Source: Synechococcus sp.
Lineage (GTDB): Bacteria; Cyanobacteriota; Cyanobacteriia; PCC-6307; Cyanobiaceae
Direction of reading: 5' to 3'
Assembly: GCA_047285535.1 (NCBI GenBank)
Contig: JBJBDC010000001.1
Span: 224,136-288,135 of the forward strand
Length of the DNA: 64,000 nucleotides
Part shown: in pieces, positions 23,488-35,160 of the stretch
Position numbering within the stretch: position 1 is the first letter of the stretch
Layout of the letters: each line of letters starts with the position of its first letter
Made by a program: the position numbers and the translations under genes
The notes under the pieces: model-generated
What the model saw: the letters and a program-made list of their open reading frames with translations, nothing else
The model's database searches: none
Told to the model about the DNA's origin: nothing

Positions 23488-25011
23488 TTAGGGACGACGC
23501 CAGAGCAGGCCGTCTTGGGCTAGGAGGGCATCCGCAGCCGCAGGGCCCCAGGTACGAGACTCATAGGGGTGAATGGGGAGCTGCCATGGACTGTCTTCGA
23601 TCATTTCCAGCAGAGGGGTGTAAAGCCTCCAGGCTGCCTCGACTTCATCGCTACGGGTAAACAGCGTTGGATCTCCCAGCATCGCGTCGGCTAGAAGCCG
23701 CACATAACCTTCGTCTGATGGTTCCCCGAAGGATTCGTCGTAGGAGAACTCCATCTCGACTGGTCGGCTGCGCATTCCTGAGCCTGGGGACTTCACTTCA
23801 AATTTGAATTCGGCGCCTTCGTCAGGTTGGATTCGCAGAATCAGTTGGTTGGCAGTTGGGCTGCCACCGGCAGCATCAAAAAGATGAACCGGTGCTTCAC
23901 GGAAGGTCAACACCACTTCGCTCAGACGCTTGGCTAGACGCTTACCTGTACGCACATAAAAAGGAACCCCCTGCCACCGCCAATTGTCGATAAAGAGCTT
24001 CATTGCCACATATGTTTCCGTGGTGCTGTTGGGATCCACTCCTGGTTCCTGTCTGTAACCGCTTAGTGGTGCACCATCACTGCCTCCAGGTCCGTACTGA
24101 CCGCGGATGCAGCAATTCCAAGGTTCGAGTTCATCTGCAAGGCGCGCTGCTTGCAGAACTTTTGCTTTTTCACTACGAATGGCTTCCGGGTCAAAGCGTC
24201 CAGGCGTTTCCATCGCTGTGATCGCCAACATTTGGGTTAGGTGGTTTTGCACCATGTCGCGAAGCGCACCTGAAGTTTCGTAATAACCAGCTCGTTCCTC
24301 GACCCCGACGGTTTCGGATGCAGTGATCTGAACGCTGGAGATGTAGTTCCGATTCCAGATTGGTTCGAAAATCGTGTTGGCGAATCGCAGAACCATAATG
24401 TTCTGAACCGTTTCTTTCCCTAAGTAATGGTCGATGCGAAAGATCTGGTTTTCTTGGCCACAGGATTGGACTACTCGGTTTAAGGACTGAGCGCTGCCGT
24501 AGTCACGACCAAATGGCTTTTCAATGACGACGCGACTGCGTTGGGGATCTTTCAGCAGGCCTGCATCGGCTAGTGCTCGACATCCGCTTGCGTAAAACTT
24601 GGGTGATACGGAAAGATAAAAAGTGCGGTTGCTGCGAGTAGCCCTCTGACGATCGATCTCTTGAAGGCGTATGCCTAGCTTCACTACATCGTCGGGTTTC
24701 TGAAGGTCCACCGGTTCGTAAAACATTCCGGAGGCGAATTGTTCCCACTCTTCGGGATGGTCTCGGACTTTGTCGCCCATGGCGTCAGCCATTTTGTTGC
24801 GAAAGTCTTCGTCACTCCAAGGTCTTCGGGCGCAGCCCAGGAGAGCAAATTCGCTGGGAAGTCGTCGTTGCTGAAATAACTCAAATAATGCTGGAACCAG
24901 CTTGCGATGCGTCAAGTCGCCACTGGCTCCAAAAATCACCAGGCACTGTGGGGCAATGACCCGTTCCTGTCGCAGCCCAACCCTTAGTGGGTTCGTCATC
25001 GTTGCGGTCAT
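23488..25011 (-). CDS. zwf: glucose-6-phosphate 1-dehydrogenase
   Basis: IFGASGDL, EKPFG, RIDHYLGKE, RWQGVPFY. Confidence 0.97.
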   Translation of the reverse strand: MTATMTNPLRVGLRQERVIAPQCLVIFGASGDLTHRKLVPALFELFQQRRLPSEFALLGCARRPWSDEDFRNKMADAMGDKVRDHPEEWEQFASGMFYEPVDLQKPDDVVKLGIRLQEIDRQRATRSNRTFYLSVSPKFYASGCRALADAGLLKDPQRSRVVIEKPFGRDYGSAQSLNRVVQSCGQENQIFRIDHYLGKETVQNIMVLRFANTIFEPIWNRNYISSVQITASETVGVEERAGYYETSGALRDMVQNHLTQMLAITAMETPGRFDPEAIRSEKAKVLQAARLADELEPWNCCIRGQYGPGGSDGAPLSGYRQEPGVDPNSTTETYVAMKLFIDNWRWQGVPFYVRTGKRLAKRLSEVVLTFREAPVHLFDAAGGSPTANQLILRIQPDEGAEFKFEVKSPGSGMRSRPVEMEFSYDESFGEPSDEGYVRLLADAMLGDPTLFTRSDEVEAAWRLYTPLLEMIEDSPWQLPIHPYESRTWGPAAADALLAQDGLLWRRP

Positions 25012-25125
25012 TGCTACGGCGTCTCTTAGGCAGGTTTAACCAGGATTTCTGAATCGGACATCGCAATTGACCCACCCGGCCATGTTTTGTGGTTGTCTCC
25101 TGAAAAAAAGAGCGATTGCTCATAG

Positions 25126-25148
25126 AAAAGCCCGCCAATGGCGGGCTT
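25126..25148 (-). terminator. rho-independent terminator of petH
   Basis: AAGCCCGCCA-T-TGGCGGGCTT hairpin with trailing TTTT on the minus strand, about 20 nt after the petH stop. Confidence 0.8.
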
Positions 25149-25169
25149 GATCAAGAGAGATGTGCGGAT

Positions 25170-26417
<1,248 letters not shown>

Positions 26418-26523
26418 TTAGAGTTAATGTCGTCAATCTCAAAGGACTAGAAGCGAAACCGGTTTGGCATCTTTCAGTGGTCTTACACAGCTGAAGCGTG
26501 GTGAAACGTCCGCAGGAGAGGCG

Positions 26524-27030
26524 ATGTCATTGCATCACCAACCCATCGAACAAACGGTTGAGCGCATGGCTGATGGGGTTCGTCGCCTTGCAGCGCAGCT
26601 TCTGACACCAGTTTCAACGGAACACATCTGGAACGTTCTCACTGATTACGACCATCTCAGCGATTTCATTCCCAACCTTGCTAACAGCCGGCTGTTGTCT
26701 CGAGATGGCAACAAGGTCCATTTGCAGCAAGAAGGAAGTCAACAATTCCTTGGATTGAAATTTTCAGCTTCCGTGGATTTGGAGCTAGAAGAATTTGGTC
26801 CTGAAGGGCTCCTGAAGTTCAAGATGAAAAAAGGAGATTTCCGCCGATTTGAGGGGACTTGGTGCCTTCGCTCGATGCCCAACAACACAGCACTCCTCTA
26901 TGAACTCACTGTTCAGGGTTGTTTGGGAATGCCGATCCGTTTGATCGAACAGCGTTTGCGCGATGATCTCACCAGCAACTTAAAAGCTGTTGAGGCCGAA
27001 GCACGCCGTCGCTTACAACAAACTAATTGA
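26524..27030 (+). CDS. SRPBCC/polyketide cyclase-dehydrase family protein
   Basis: WNVLTDYDHLSDFIPNL, GDFRRFEGTW. Confidence 0.82.
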   Translation: MSLHHQPIEQTVERMADGVRRLAAQLLTPVSTEHIWNVLTDYDHLSDFIPNLANSRLLSRDGNKVHLQQEGSQQFLGLKFSASVDLELEEFGPEGLLKFKMKKGDFRRFEGTWCLRSMPNNTALLYELTVQGCLGMPIRLIEQRLRDDLTSNLKAVEAEARRRLQQTN

Positions 27031-27125
27031 AAGATGGTTTAGATATTATTGCTTTTCCTGATTAATATCTTGAACTGGCTTGAATATAAGTTTTGAACGT
27101 AAGTTATCGACTCAAGATTATTACA

Positions 27126-27198
27126 TACCCCCAAGGGGATTCGAACCCCTGTCGCCTCCGTGAAAGGGAGGTGTCCTAGGCCTCTAGACGATGGGGGC
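27126..27198 (-). tRNA. tRNA-Glu (anticodon TTC)
   Basis: Reverse complement GCCCCCATCGTCTAGAGGCCTAGGACACCTCCCTTTCACGGAGGCGACAGGGGTTCGAATCCCCTTGGGGGTA folds into a cloverleaf; CCA not encoded. Confidence 0.96.
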
Positions 27199-27240
27199 GA
27201 GGCCGTGATCTTGATCTGTAATCTTGATCACCATTTGAAG

Positions 27241-28392
27241 TTAGGGGTCAGCCTGACCGTCCGTCAAGACAACGTTCTCCTTCGCCTGTCCTTGCCCCTG
27301 CCAGACGGGAACGTTGAAGGCGAAGCAAGCTCCTTTACCTGGTTCAGATACCACCCAGATCCTTCCGCCATGCACTTCAACAATTCGCCTGCAAACCGAT
27401 AGTCCAACGCCAAAGCCTGAGGCCCCAGCTGATGTTTGAGGAAGCCTGACCCTGTCAAGAAAAATGCGCTGCTGCTCTTCTTCTGGAATGCCTGGACCGC
27501 TGTCGCTGATGCTCACCTGCACCCACTGACTGGTGCGGTGCAGCATGGACAGTGAGATCAATCCTCCGTTTGGTGTGTATTTCAAAGCATTCTCAAGCAG
27601 ATTCAGGAGGACTTGGCGCATCCTCCGTTGGTCTGCAAAGACCTTGGGAAGATCGGCTGGGATATCGGTGTGAATGGTGACATCTCTGCCGAGCCAGAGT
27701 TTCTCAAGTTCCAGAATTGCCTCAGCGGTCACACTGGCTAAGTCGAGTCGCTGAGGGTTGAACAATGCTTCCCAACGCGTGCTCCCGACCTCCAGCAGAT
27801 CCTTCGATAGAAGGGCGATTTCGTCGAGGCGTCTCTTGAGGACATCACGAAAACGATGAATATCGATCTGCCCCAGCTGCTGACTTTGTACGGCCAGAGT
27901 GGCTGCTGTAAGTGGGGTGCGAAGTTCGTGCGCGACCATTCGCAGCAGGCGCTCCTGCGCCTCTAGACGATCAATCAAGGTTTCGTTTTCCTGACGAAGC
28001 ACAAGCAATTGATCCTCAAGCTGAAGCTCGCGTTGGGTTCGGCTGCCATCCAGTTCCGTTGGTTTGAGACTTAAACCAAGTCCACTGACCACTTCATCTT
28101 GTTGCCATCGAGGCAACCACCCGCGGAATTGCTGATAGATGCTGCTGCCCGCAAACACTTGCTTGGGTTGCGGTTGAAGCTTCACTAAGGAAGGGGTTAC
28201 CACCAAGCGATGCAGTTCCAACAACTCAGGTTGTTCTGTGGGATCAGAGATCTGAAGGCTGACGTCAAACCCGCAATCTTCGTTATGCAGAAATTCAACC
28301 AACTCGCGTATGTCGCGGCTGGACAGATGGTGGCGACCAGCAACAAGTAACAAACTCAGTTGTTGGCGCGGATTGCGATCAATCCCATCCAC
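27241..28392 (-). CDS. sasA: KaiC-associated histidine kinase SasA
   Basis: N-terminal KaiB-like domain ([17 protein letters not shown]), AHELRTPL H-box, N/G boxes; GTG start chosen (ORF open to 28419). Confidence 0.9.
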   Translation of the reverse strand: MDGIDRNPRQQLSLLLVAGRHHLSSRDIRELVEFLHNEDCGFDVSLQISDPTEQPELLELHRLVVTPSLVKLQPQPKQVFAGSSIYQQFRGWLPRWQQDEVVSGLGLSLKPTELDGSRTQRELQLEDQLLVLRQENETLIDRLEAQERLLRMVAHELRTPLTAATLAVQSQQLGQIDIHRFRDVLKRRLDEIALLSKDLLEVGSTRWEALFNPQRLDLASVTAEAILELEKLWLGRDVTIHTDIPADLPKVFADQRRMRQVLLNLLENALKYTPNGGLISLSMLHRTSQWVQVSISDSGPGIPEEEQQRIFLDRVRLPQTSAGASGFGVGLSVCRRIVEVHGGRIWVVSEPGKGACFAFNVPVWQGQGQAKENVVLTDGQADP

Positions 28393-28495
28393 CGAGGGAG
28401 CTACGCAATGTTGAGACATACCTTATGGGTTTTTGACGTGATGCGCAGATCCGCTAAGAAGAAGGAGAACACTCTGTTGTTACTGAGGTCACGGC

Positions 28496-29068
28496 ATGCC
28501 CCTTCTGCCTCTTGAACAACGAGGATCAAAGCCACCCAACGGAGAGCCTTCAGTCTCTGAGCGCGTTCATCTCGACAGCAATCTGAGACGGTGGTTTGCG
28601 CGCAACCTCGGGCTTTGGAGGTCAAGACGACAATATTTATTTGATAACGAAGAAGTTTTTTTTCTGGACATGATGATCCGGGTCGAGATCTTCTCGGAAT
28701 TTAAGTTTGGAGAGCCTCGCTATCGATTTAGTTGGTGGCCTGATCGAGATACCGACTTTTTTGATCGGAAACCTAGCTATGAGCGAGCCGGTGTTATGGA
28801 GGCCACATTGTTGGGCCATCAATTACAACGTAACCGTGCCTATCTGGAGCCCACGCCCCATCGCACCCGCATACGCCAGGTGGATGAGCACGAAATGGTC
28901 TTTGAATCTCATTATGACGACTGGGACGTGCAGGAATACACCCGTCTGATTGATGAGGATCGCTATCGATCAAGAGCGATTTACAGCTGGCAAAATAATG
29001 TTCTTGAGATTGTCGAACATCACCACGAAACAAGGATTGAGGATGCTTCCGCACCGATTCCGCTCTGA
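28496..29068 (+). CDS. conserved protein with divergent CpcS/CpeS-like beta-barrel motifs
   Basis: F.RN.G.WRSRR, L.R.RAY.E, F.S.Y, E, R.R, terminal ETR, in CpcS/CpeS order. Confidence 0.6.
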   Translation: MPLLPLEQRGSKPPNGEPSVSERVHLDSNLRRWFARNLGLWRSRRQYLFDNEEVFFLDMMIRVEIFSEFKFGEPRYRFSWWPDRDTDFFDRKPSYERAGVMEATLLGHQLQRNRAYLEPTPHRTRIRQVDEHEMVFESHYDDWDVQEYTRLIDEDRYRSRAIYSWQNNVLEIVEHHHETRIEDASAPIPL

Positions 29069-29125
29069 TCAAAACTCGATTCGGATCCCTTTTAGTCAAA
29101 TTTAGACATCATTACCACTAGCCCG

Positions 29126-29599
29126 ATGCGGTCTGGATGCGGCACCATGGCGTGCGTATCCCGGTTTGATCCCTTGTCTGCTGTTAACCGACTCCGATCT
29201 GCACTTACTACACCATTGCTTCTTCTTCCCCTGTTCCTGGCAGGTCCTGCTGCAATGGCTCAGTCGTCCGGCAAGGCTCCGAAGTCACCAGCCAGCAACG
29301 AGGACATCTTTCTGTATCGCGGTATGGGGTCGTCCTATGTCTGTAATGCTCGTGCGGCAAAAGTTGAGTTCCCCAAAGCTGTTGGTATCGCTGCAGCGAC
29401 TTACGTGCAACTCCTGAATGGTCGGCATGGAGGTTTGGTTGCATCCACAGGCAATAAGAAGTTGACCAATGAACAGCTTTTCGCTGGTGCCGAATTCCAA
29501 ATCATCACTGGTGCCATGCAGTTTTGCCCCGACCAGGTTCCTGCGGATGTGAAAACCAAGGTGGAAGAGGCGTTGAAGAAGCAGAAGGCTGCCAAGTGA
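29126..29599 (+). CDS. secreted hypothetical protein
   Basis: Signal peptide ending AMA, two Cys, basic tail; start uncertain. Confidence 0.7.
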   Translation: MRSGCGTMACVSRFDPLSAVNRLRSALTTPLLLLPLFLAGPAAMAQSSGKAPKSPASNEDIFLYRGMGSSYVCNARAAKVEFPKAVGIAAATYVQLLNGRHGGLVASTGNKKLTNEQLFAGAEFQIITGAMQFCPDQVPADVKTKVEEALKKQKAAK

Positions 29600-29698
29600 A
29601 TGGGTGAACAAGGATGAGATGGGAGAAGTCGGCTTCTGGCTTGGTTTCTCTCCGAAGTTGAAGCCTGCACGCCAAGATCGTTACAGAGACTCCTGCGC

Positions 29699-32344
29699 AT
29701 GGCTTCCGCCTCCACCCTTGCTCCGACGATTCGGCTGAAGGACTACAAACCTTTCCCCTTTCGTATCCCATCCGTTGATTTGGATGTGGTGATCGGTTCA
29801 GGTTCAGTCCAAGTCACCTGCCGTATGGAGCTCATCCCTGTTTTGGGATCTGAGCTCCAACCGCTTGAGCTTCAGGGGATCGATCTTGTATTGGAATCGA
29901 TTTCCATCGATAACAATGTTCTAGAGCTTTCGCAGTACAGCATCAGCTCTCAACGTCTTGTCATTCACCAGCCACCGCAGAGGCCCTATCAGCTCACGAC
30001 CGTGTGCAGGATTGATCCTCAGGCCAATACTTCTCTTGAAGGCCTCTATTCAAGTGGTGGCATGTTGACTACCCAGTGTGAAGCGGAAGGATTCAGGCGT
30101 ATTACATACCATCCCGACAGGCCCGATGTGCTTAGTCGGTTCAGGGTTCGGATCGAGGCCGATCGACAGTGTTATCCAGTTCTTCTATCCAATGGAAATG
30201 CTTTGAAGGCAGGCCCACTCGCAGGAGATTCTCATCGGCATGAGGTGATTTGGGATGACCCTTCATACAAACCTTCTTATCTGTTTGCCCTTGTGGCTGG
30301 TGATCTCAAAGAGGTTCGAGATCACTTTGTGACCCGTTCTGGTCGCAACATTAGTCTGCGGCTTCATGTTGAACCAGGCGATGAGCCTTTGACGTCGCAT
30401 GCCATGGAGTCGTTGAAGCGATCGATGGCCTGGGACGAGCGGGTTTACGGCTTGGAGTACGACCTCGATGAATTCAACACCGTTGCAGTCCGACACTTCA
30501 ACATGGGCGCGATGGAGAACAAAAGTTTGAATATCTTTAATTCCAAGTTGGTTCTCGCCGATGCAGAAACTGCATCAGATGCAGAGCTTGAGCGCATTGA
30601 AAGTGTGGTGGCGCACGAGTATTTCCATAATTGGTCAGGCAATCGAATCACTTGTCGTGATTGGTTTCAGCTGTCCTTGAAGGAAGGTCTCACCGTTTTT
30701 AGAGATCAATGCTTTACGGCCGATCTCCACTCTGAAGCGCTCAAACGAATCGAGGATGCAGCGATGCTCCGCAATACCCAGTTTCGAGAAGATGCGGGGC
30801 CAACCGCTCATCCAGTGAAGCCAGATGCCTATCAGGCAATCGACAATTTTTATACAACCACGATTTATGAGAAGGGTGCTGAGTTGATTCGCATGCTCAG
30901 AACACTTCTGGGCGAAGAAAGATTCATGCGTGGAATGGCGCTGTATTTCAAAAGGCATGATGGTGAAGCCGCCACGACGGATGATTTTGTATCGGCGATA
31001 GCTGAGGGTGCGTGCACGGGAGGTGAAAGTCTTGGTTTTGATTTAGAGCAGTTCAAGCGTTGGTACGACCAAGCCGGTACCCCCAGGGTCACGGTCAAGC
31101 GAGACTGGGATGGTACAAACGGGGTGCTCCGCTTGACCTTGCGTCAGAGCACCCCGCCAACTCCAGGGCAGCCGCAGAAGCTGCCAGTGGTGATCCCTCT
31201 GCTCTGGGCTGAGGTTTCAGCCATCGGAGAGCCTGGTGAGGAACGGTTGTTTGTTCTGGATCAGGAGCAACAAACGATTGAACTCAGTGGTCTGCCATGC
31301 TCTGAAGAACCTCCTGCATTGTCTCTTTTTCGACAATTTTCCTCACCAGTTCAGTGGGAAGCGAGCCAAGAGCCCAAAGAACTCTTCACCCTTTTGGCTT
31401 GTGACAACGATCCTTTCGCTCGTTGGGATGCAGGTCAACAACTATGGCGACGTTTGTTGCTGTCGCGGGCCTCAGGACATCCTGATGTCGAGTTGGAACG
31501 TCAGATGCTCGAGGCTCTAAACCTGTTGCTGGCGCCAGCTGGAGAACAGGACCCTGCTGTGCTGGCCACGCTGATGGCTTTCCCTGGGGGCTCTGAATTA
31601 GAGGCTCTTCAGAAGGAAGCTGATCCCCCGGCGTTGTACAGCGCCGCCTGTGAGCTGCGTCAGCATTTCGGCCACTCCCTGGCTCCATTGCTCCGTGAGC
31701 GTCTGCAAATGATTGCTGCTGAACTGGAGCTGGCTTGGCCAGAGGGTCAGGGTCAGCGACAACTCACTGGACTGATTTGGTCCTGGCTGGCTGCAGCGGG
31801 TGATTCAGAGGTGCGTGCTGCTGCGTTGACGGCCGTCACGGGGCCCTCGATGACATTGGCTCGAGCGGCTCTTCGGGCGCTACAGCCTTTGGACTGCCCA
31901 GAACGTGACGAGGCGTTGAGTCAATTCCATGATCGTTGGCAAGAGAAGCCTGTGATCTTCGACAGTTGGTTTGCCTTGGAAGCATCAACGCCTCGTGCTG
32001 ATGGTTTACAACGCGTCGCGTCTCTACTGGAGCATCCACGTTTCGACCCAATGGCACCCAATGCAGTGCGTGCGGTGTTGGGGGGATTGGCTGGCAATCC
32101 TTTGGTTTTTCACGCAGAAGATGGAAGTGGCTATCGATTTATGGCTGAACAAATTATTGCGTTGGATCAGCGTAATGCGATTACAGCCTCGAGACTGGCC
32201 AAGGTGTTTAGCCGTTGGGGTATCTACAACAGCAAACGCAAAGCCCTTGTGAAAGCTGCTCTGGAAGAACTCTCCGCTGCGCAGCTTTCGTCCAACACCC
32301 GTGAGGTTGTTGAGATGATGTTGGGAAAATCTGTGGATGATTAA
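29699..32344 (+). CDS. pepN: aminopeptidase N (M1 family)
   Basis: TQCEAEGFRRIT, GAMENK, HEYFH..E, YEKGAE. Confidence 0.96.
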   Translation: MASASTLAPTIRLKDYKPFPFRIPSVDLDVVIGSGSVQVTCRMELIPVLGSELQPLELQGIDLVLESISIDNNVLELSQYSISSQRLVIHQPPQRPYQLTTVCRIDPQANTSLEGLYSSGGMLTTQCEAEGFRRITYHPDRPDVLSRFRVRIEADRQCYPVLLSNGNALKAGPLAGDSHRHEVIWDDPSYKPSYLFALVAGDLKEVRDHFVTRSGRNISLRLHVEPGDEPLTSHAMESLKRSMAWDERVYGLEYDLDEFNTVAVRHFNMGAMENKSLNIFNSKLVLADAETASDAELERIESVVAHEYFHNWSGNRITCRDWFQLSLKEGLTVFRDQCFTADLHSEALKRIEDAAMLRNTQFREDAGPTAHPVKPDAYQAIDNFYTTTIYEKGAELIRMLRTLLGEERFMRGMALYFKRHDGEAATTDDFVSAIAEGACTGGESLGFDLEQFKRWYDQAGTPRVTVKRDWDGTNGVLRLTLRQSTPPTPGQPQKLPVVIPLLWAEVSAIGEPGEERLFVLDQEQQTIELSGLPCSEEPPALSLFRQFSSPVQWEASQEPKELFTLLACDNDPFARWDAGQQLWRRLLLSRASGHPDVELERQMLEALNLLLAPAGEQDPAVLATLMAFPGGSELEALQKEADPPALYSAACELRQHFGHSLAPLLRERLQMIAAELELAWPEGQGQRQLTGLIWSWLAAAGDSEVRAAALTAVTGPSMTLARAALRALQPLDCPERDEALSQFHDRWQEKPVIFDSWFALEASTPRADGLQRVASLLEHPRFDPMAPNAVRAVLGGLAGNPLVFHAEDGSGYRFMAEQIIALDQRNAITASRLAKVFSRWGIYNSKRKALVKAALEELSAAQLSSNTREVVEMMLGKSVDD

Positions 32345-32416
32345 ATCAAGAATGAGAATATCTCAGAGAGAAAGTGAGTGAAACTGTCTCTCATTGCAGT
32401 TGCAATTACTTAATGA

Positions 32417-33679
32417 TTAGTTCCTGGATCCCATGTTGATAAATGCTTCTTTTCGATATCGAGAACCTTCTGATCCTGAATGCTTGCCCCATAGTCCCTC
32501 CCAATAAAAATAAATGACTCCATAACCTCGTTCATTGGCCAGTTGTACTTTTTCCTTTAGTACCGCCATGGATGTTGTTCGTTTTCCAAAGCCAGCCAGC
32601 ACACCAATTTGAATGGGAATTCCCCATTCGCGAGCCTTACGCAGCGCTGGCTGGTCTAGATCTTTTGCATACCCACGGAGGGAATAGGCATAGTTTTGAA
32701 CGACCAAATCATCGATCAGCTGCCCAACGGCCCAAAGCTCCCAATCTTGAAGCCAGTGGTTGTAAGCAAACCGAAATGGTCCTGGAGATAAGCTAATCCG
32801 TACGGGTAGCGATTCTTTTTTGAGACGCGTCCGAAGTTCTCGGAGGAGACCTGTGAGTTTGCGTCGACGCCAGGTCATCCAATAGCGATTGGTGTGGTCT
32901 CGGGGTGGTTCGAAGCCAGTTTCGGCAGCGTATAGAGCTGAGGTGTAGGTGTCGTAACCCAACTCCACAGGCCATGCGAAATGGTCGTCGAGTTGTAGGC
33001 CGTCCATCCGGCAGCGTTTCATCACTTCCACAACAAGGCCAATGAAGCGCTCGCGCACCTGAGGGTGCGCGGGATTGAGCCAGACCATCTCTTTACCGTG
33101 CATCTTGATCACCGAGTCACCGTTTCGGCGAGACAACACCCATTCCGGATGCTGCTGAACCACAGCGGCATCAGCAGGCTCCATTAATCCGTACTCAAAC
33201 CAGGGAACTACCTTCATCCCGCGTTTGTGAGCTTCTTGACTCAGCGTGCAAATTGGATCCAGCTGAACACCAGCTTTTTTTAGGGCTGGCTCCAACGGAG
33301 CAACTTCACTGGTGTGAAATGTTGTTCCACGACTCCACACATTTGGATACAGCACGGAGAATCCTGCTTGTTCAAGCTCATCTACCGCTTTGATTAGTTT
33401 CTTTCTGTCGTAATATAAAGGGCTGGGACTGTTAGTCAGCCAGACACCCAGCACGAGTTTTCTCTGAACATTGGGTAAGCGGCTTTTGCTCAGGAGCACC
33501 TTTGTGTGCTTGGAATGGGTGTTTTGACGATTGTCTATCTTATAGACTCCCTTACCTGATGCCGCTGCAGGTGTGATGAGCATACTAAAAGGTAAAATTA
33601 ATGACCATAAGCGATGATTTACGTGAGCAAATGGTGTCCGAATGGAGTTGGTCGTTGATAAAGTATTAACCCTTGCCAT
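32417..33679 (-). CDS. glycoside hydrolase-like GHL10 (DUF187) protein
   Basis: GVWLT, PWFEYG, WLNPAHPQVR, DGLQLDDHF, QDW..W. Confidence 0.85.
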   Translation of the reverse strand: MARVNTLSTTNSIRTPFAHVNHRLWSLILPFSMLITPAAASGKGVYKIDNRQNTHSKHTKVLLSKSRLPNVQRKLVLGVWLTNSPSPLYYDRKKLIKAVDELEQAGFSVLYPNVWSRGTTFHTSEVAPLEPALKKAGVQLDPICTLSQEAHKRGMKVVPWFEYGLMEPADAAVVQQHPEWVLSRRNGDSVIKMHGKEMVWLNPAHPQVRERFIGLVVEVMKRCRMDGLQLDDHFAWPVELGYDTYTSALYAAETGFEPPRDHTNRYWMTWRRRKLTGLLRELRTRLKKESLPVRISLSPGPFRFAYNHWLQDWELWAVGQLIDDLVVQNYAYSLRGYAKDLDQPALRKAREWGIPIQIGVLAGFGKRTTSMAVLKEKVQLANERGYGVIYFYWEGLWGKHSGSEGSRYRKEAFINMGSRN

Positions 33680-34731
33680 GATTTGTCTTTGAGATTCAGT
33701 TGCAGGGGATATTGATCATCATTCTTTTGTCCCTGCTGATTGAGTCTTGTGGATTGATGTTAGCAAACGAATGAGAAAAGCCAGTGCGAAAAACAGAGGC
33801 CCTGGCTCCAGGGATAGCGTCAAGGATCCCATCACCACGCTATCCCTAGGGTGCTATTAATACCACGTATCATCAGCACCTCGCTAATGCCATGCGTTTT
33901 TGATGACATTTCACGGCTGTAGAGACTGGCGTTCCTTTCATGAGTGCTCAGGTTAAAAAGCAAGTCACGATGACTTCCGACTTGTTAAATCCAACGCTTG
34001 AGCCAAGAATGCTTAGGCCAAGACAGAGAGGTCAACGCTGAATTGCCAACAGCGATGACGTTCCGATCGATCAGTCAGCTGTCGAACACCCGCTCCTTCT
34101 GGAAAGCTGATAGCGACTAGATAACCTGCCTGAGCTATTCCGAAGGTCATAAGACCTTGATGGAAGTCATTAGAGGGCAATCAGTGCATGTCCTCCACTG
34201 TCCGCGTTTAAGAACTCAGGTTTTGCTACTTTGCGAATCATGATCTTCATCCTCAGTGCTAGAGGTTACGACTTTAGGTGTGAGATGCAGGCAGAGTTTG
34301 GCTTGGGAAAGCTAATGAGCAAGGCAGATAAGGCGCTGACGGAGTCGATGGTGATGTCGTGATCTGGTATGGATTGGTAGCCAAAGACAGAAGATCAGTA
34401 CAAGAAAAATAGGCAAATGCAAGACTCAGACCTAGTCAAATACCGTTCAAACTTTGATCAACAACCTTCTGTCTTTCATCTTCGTATTTGCATGATTTCA
34501 GGCATGGGTTTTTTTGTTCCAATGATTTTGGTGCGAAAATACAGGCGACCTTGGATGGATGGGGACGGAGACGTAACGCTATGTGAGCGACAGTGAGGTA
34601 GATTTGTTTTCCAGGGAACTAAACCCTAGCTTGATTGTATTCTTCAGAATTAATTTTTGGGGTGCAATGTTCTTGATTTTGGCAAGCTGACCAGGGAAAA
34701 GTCATCTGGTTCCCTTTGATTGAATCAGCCT

Positions 34732-35160
34732 TCAGAGCAATCCCGGTATTCTGCGCGTGATGCTTTCCCATAAGCCTGGCTTACGGTTCATCTCATTCGT
34801 TGCCTCAACACGAGCTGACAAGATTTCTTCCTCGCTGAGCATGAGGGCATCACACAGTTGGTCAAATGCGTTCTGTTCCTGAGCGTTCACTGCAAATTGA
34901 TAGACGTCGCGAGAAGAAGCAATCACCATGAACGCCATGGTGGCAGTCGTGAGCCGATAGTCGTAAGGAATCTCTTTCGCTAGCGTGACAATGTCTTGAG
35001 GAGAAGTAAGAGCATCTGCCCATGATGGGATTTGGTTTTTTTCGACAAAAATTCTGCTCGCTCTCTCCAACACTGCTAATTCCTCTTCTGCAACATGGCC
35101 ATCGGCCTGGGCCATGAGTCTCAGTATTTTGATCAATGTACAGGCCGTTTCAAAATCCAA
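34732..35160 (-). CDS. TerB-like protein
   Basis: MAQADGHVAEEE motif and a second repeat AVNAQEQ...LCDAL.L; TTG start. Confidence 0.7.
   Translation of the reverse strand: MDFETACTLIKILRLMAQADGHVAEEELAVLERASRIFVEKNQIPSWADALTSPQDIVTLAKEIPYDYRLTTATMAFMVIASSRDVYQFAVNAQEQNAFDQLCDALMLSEEEILSARVEATNEMNRKPGLWESITRRIPGLL

Noticed and set aside
27031..27125. tRNA-Glu 3' flank as an integration site
   Set aside because: AT-rich but under 100 nt, with no integrase and no duplicated tRNA 3' end seen; the island starts 5 kb away
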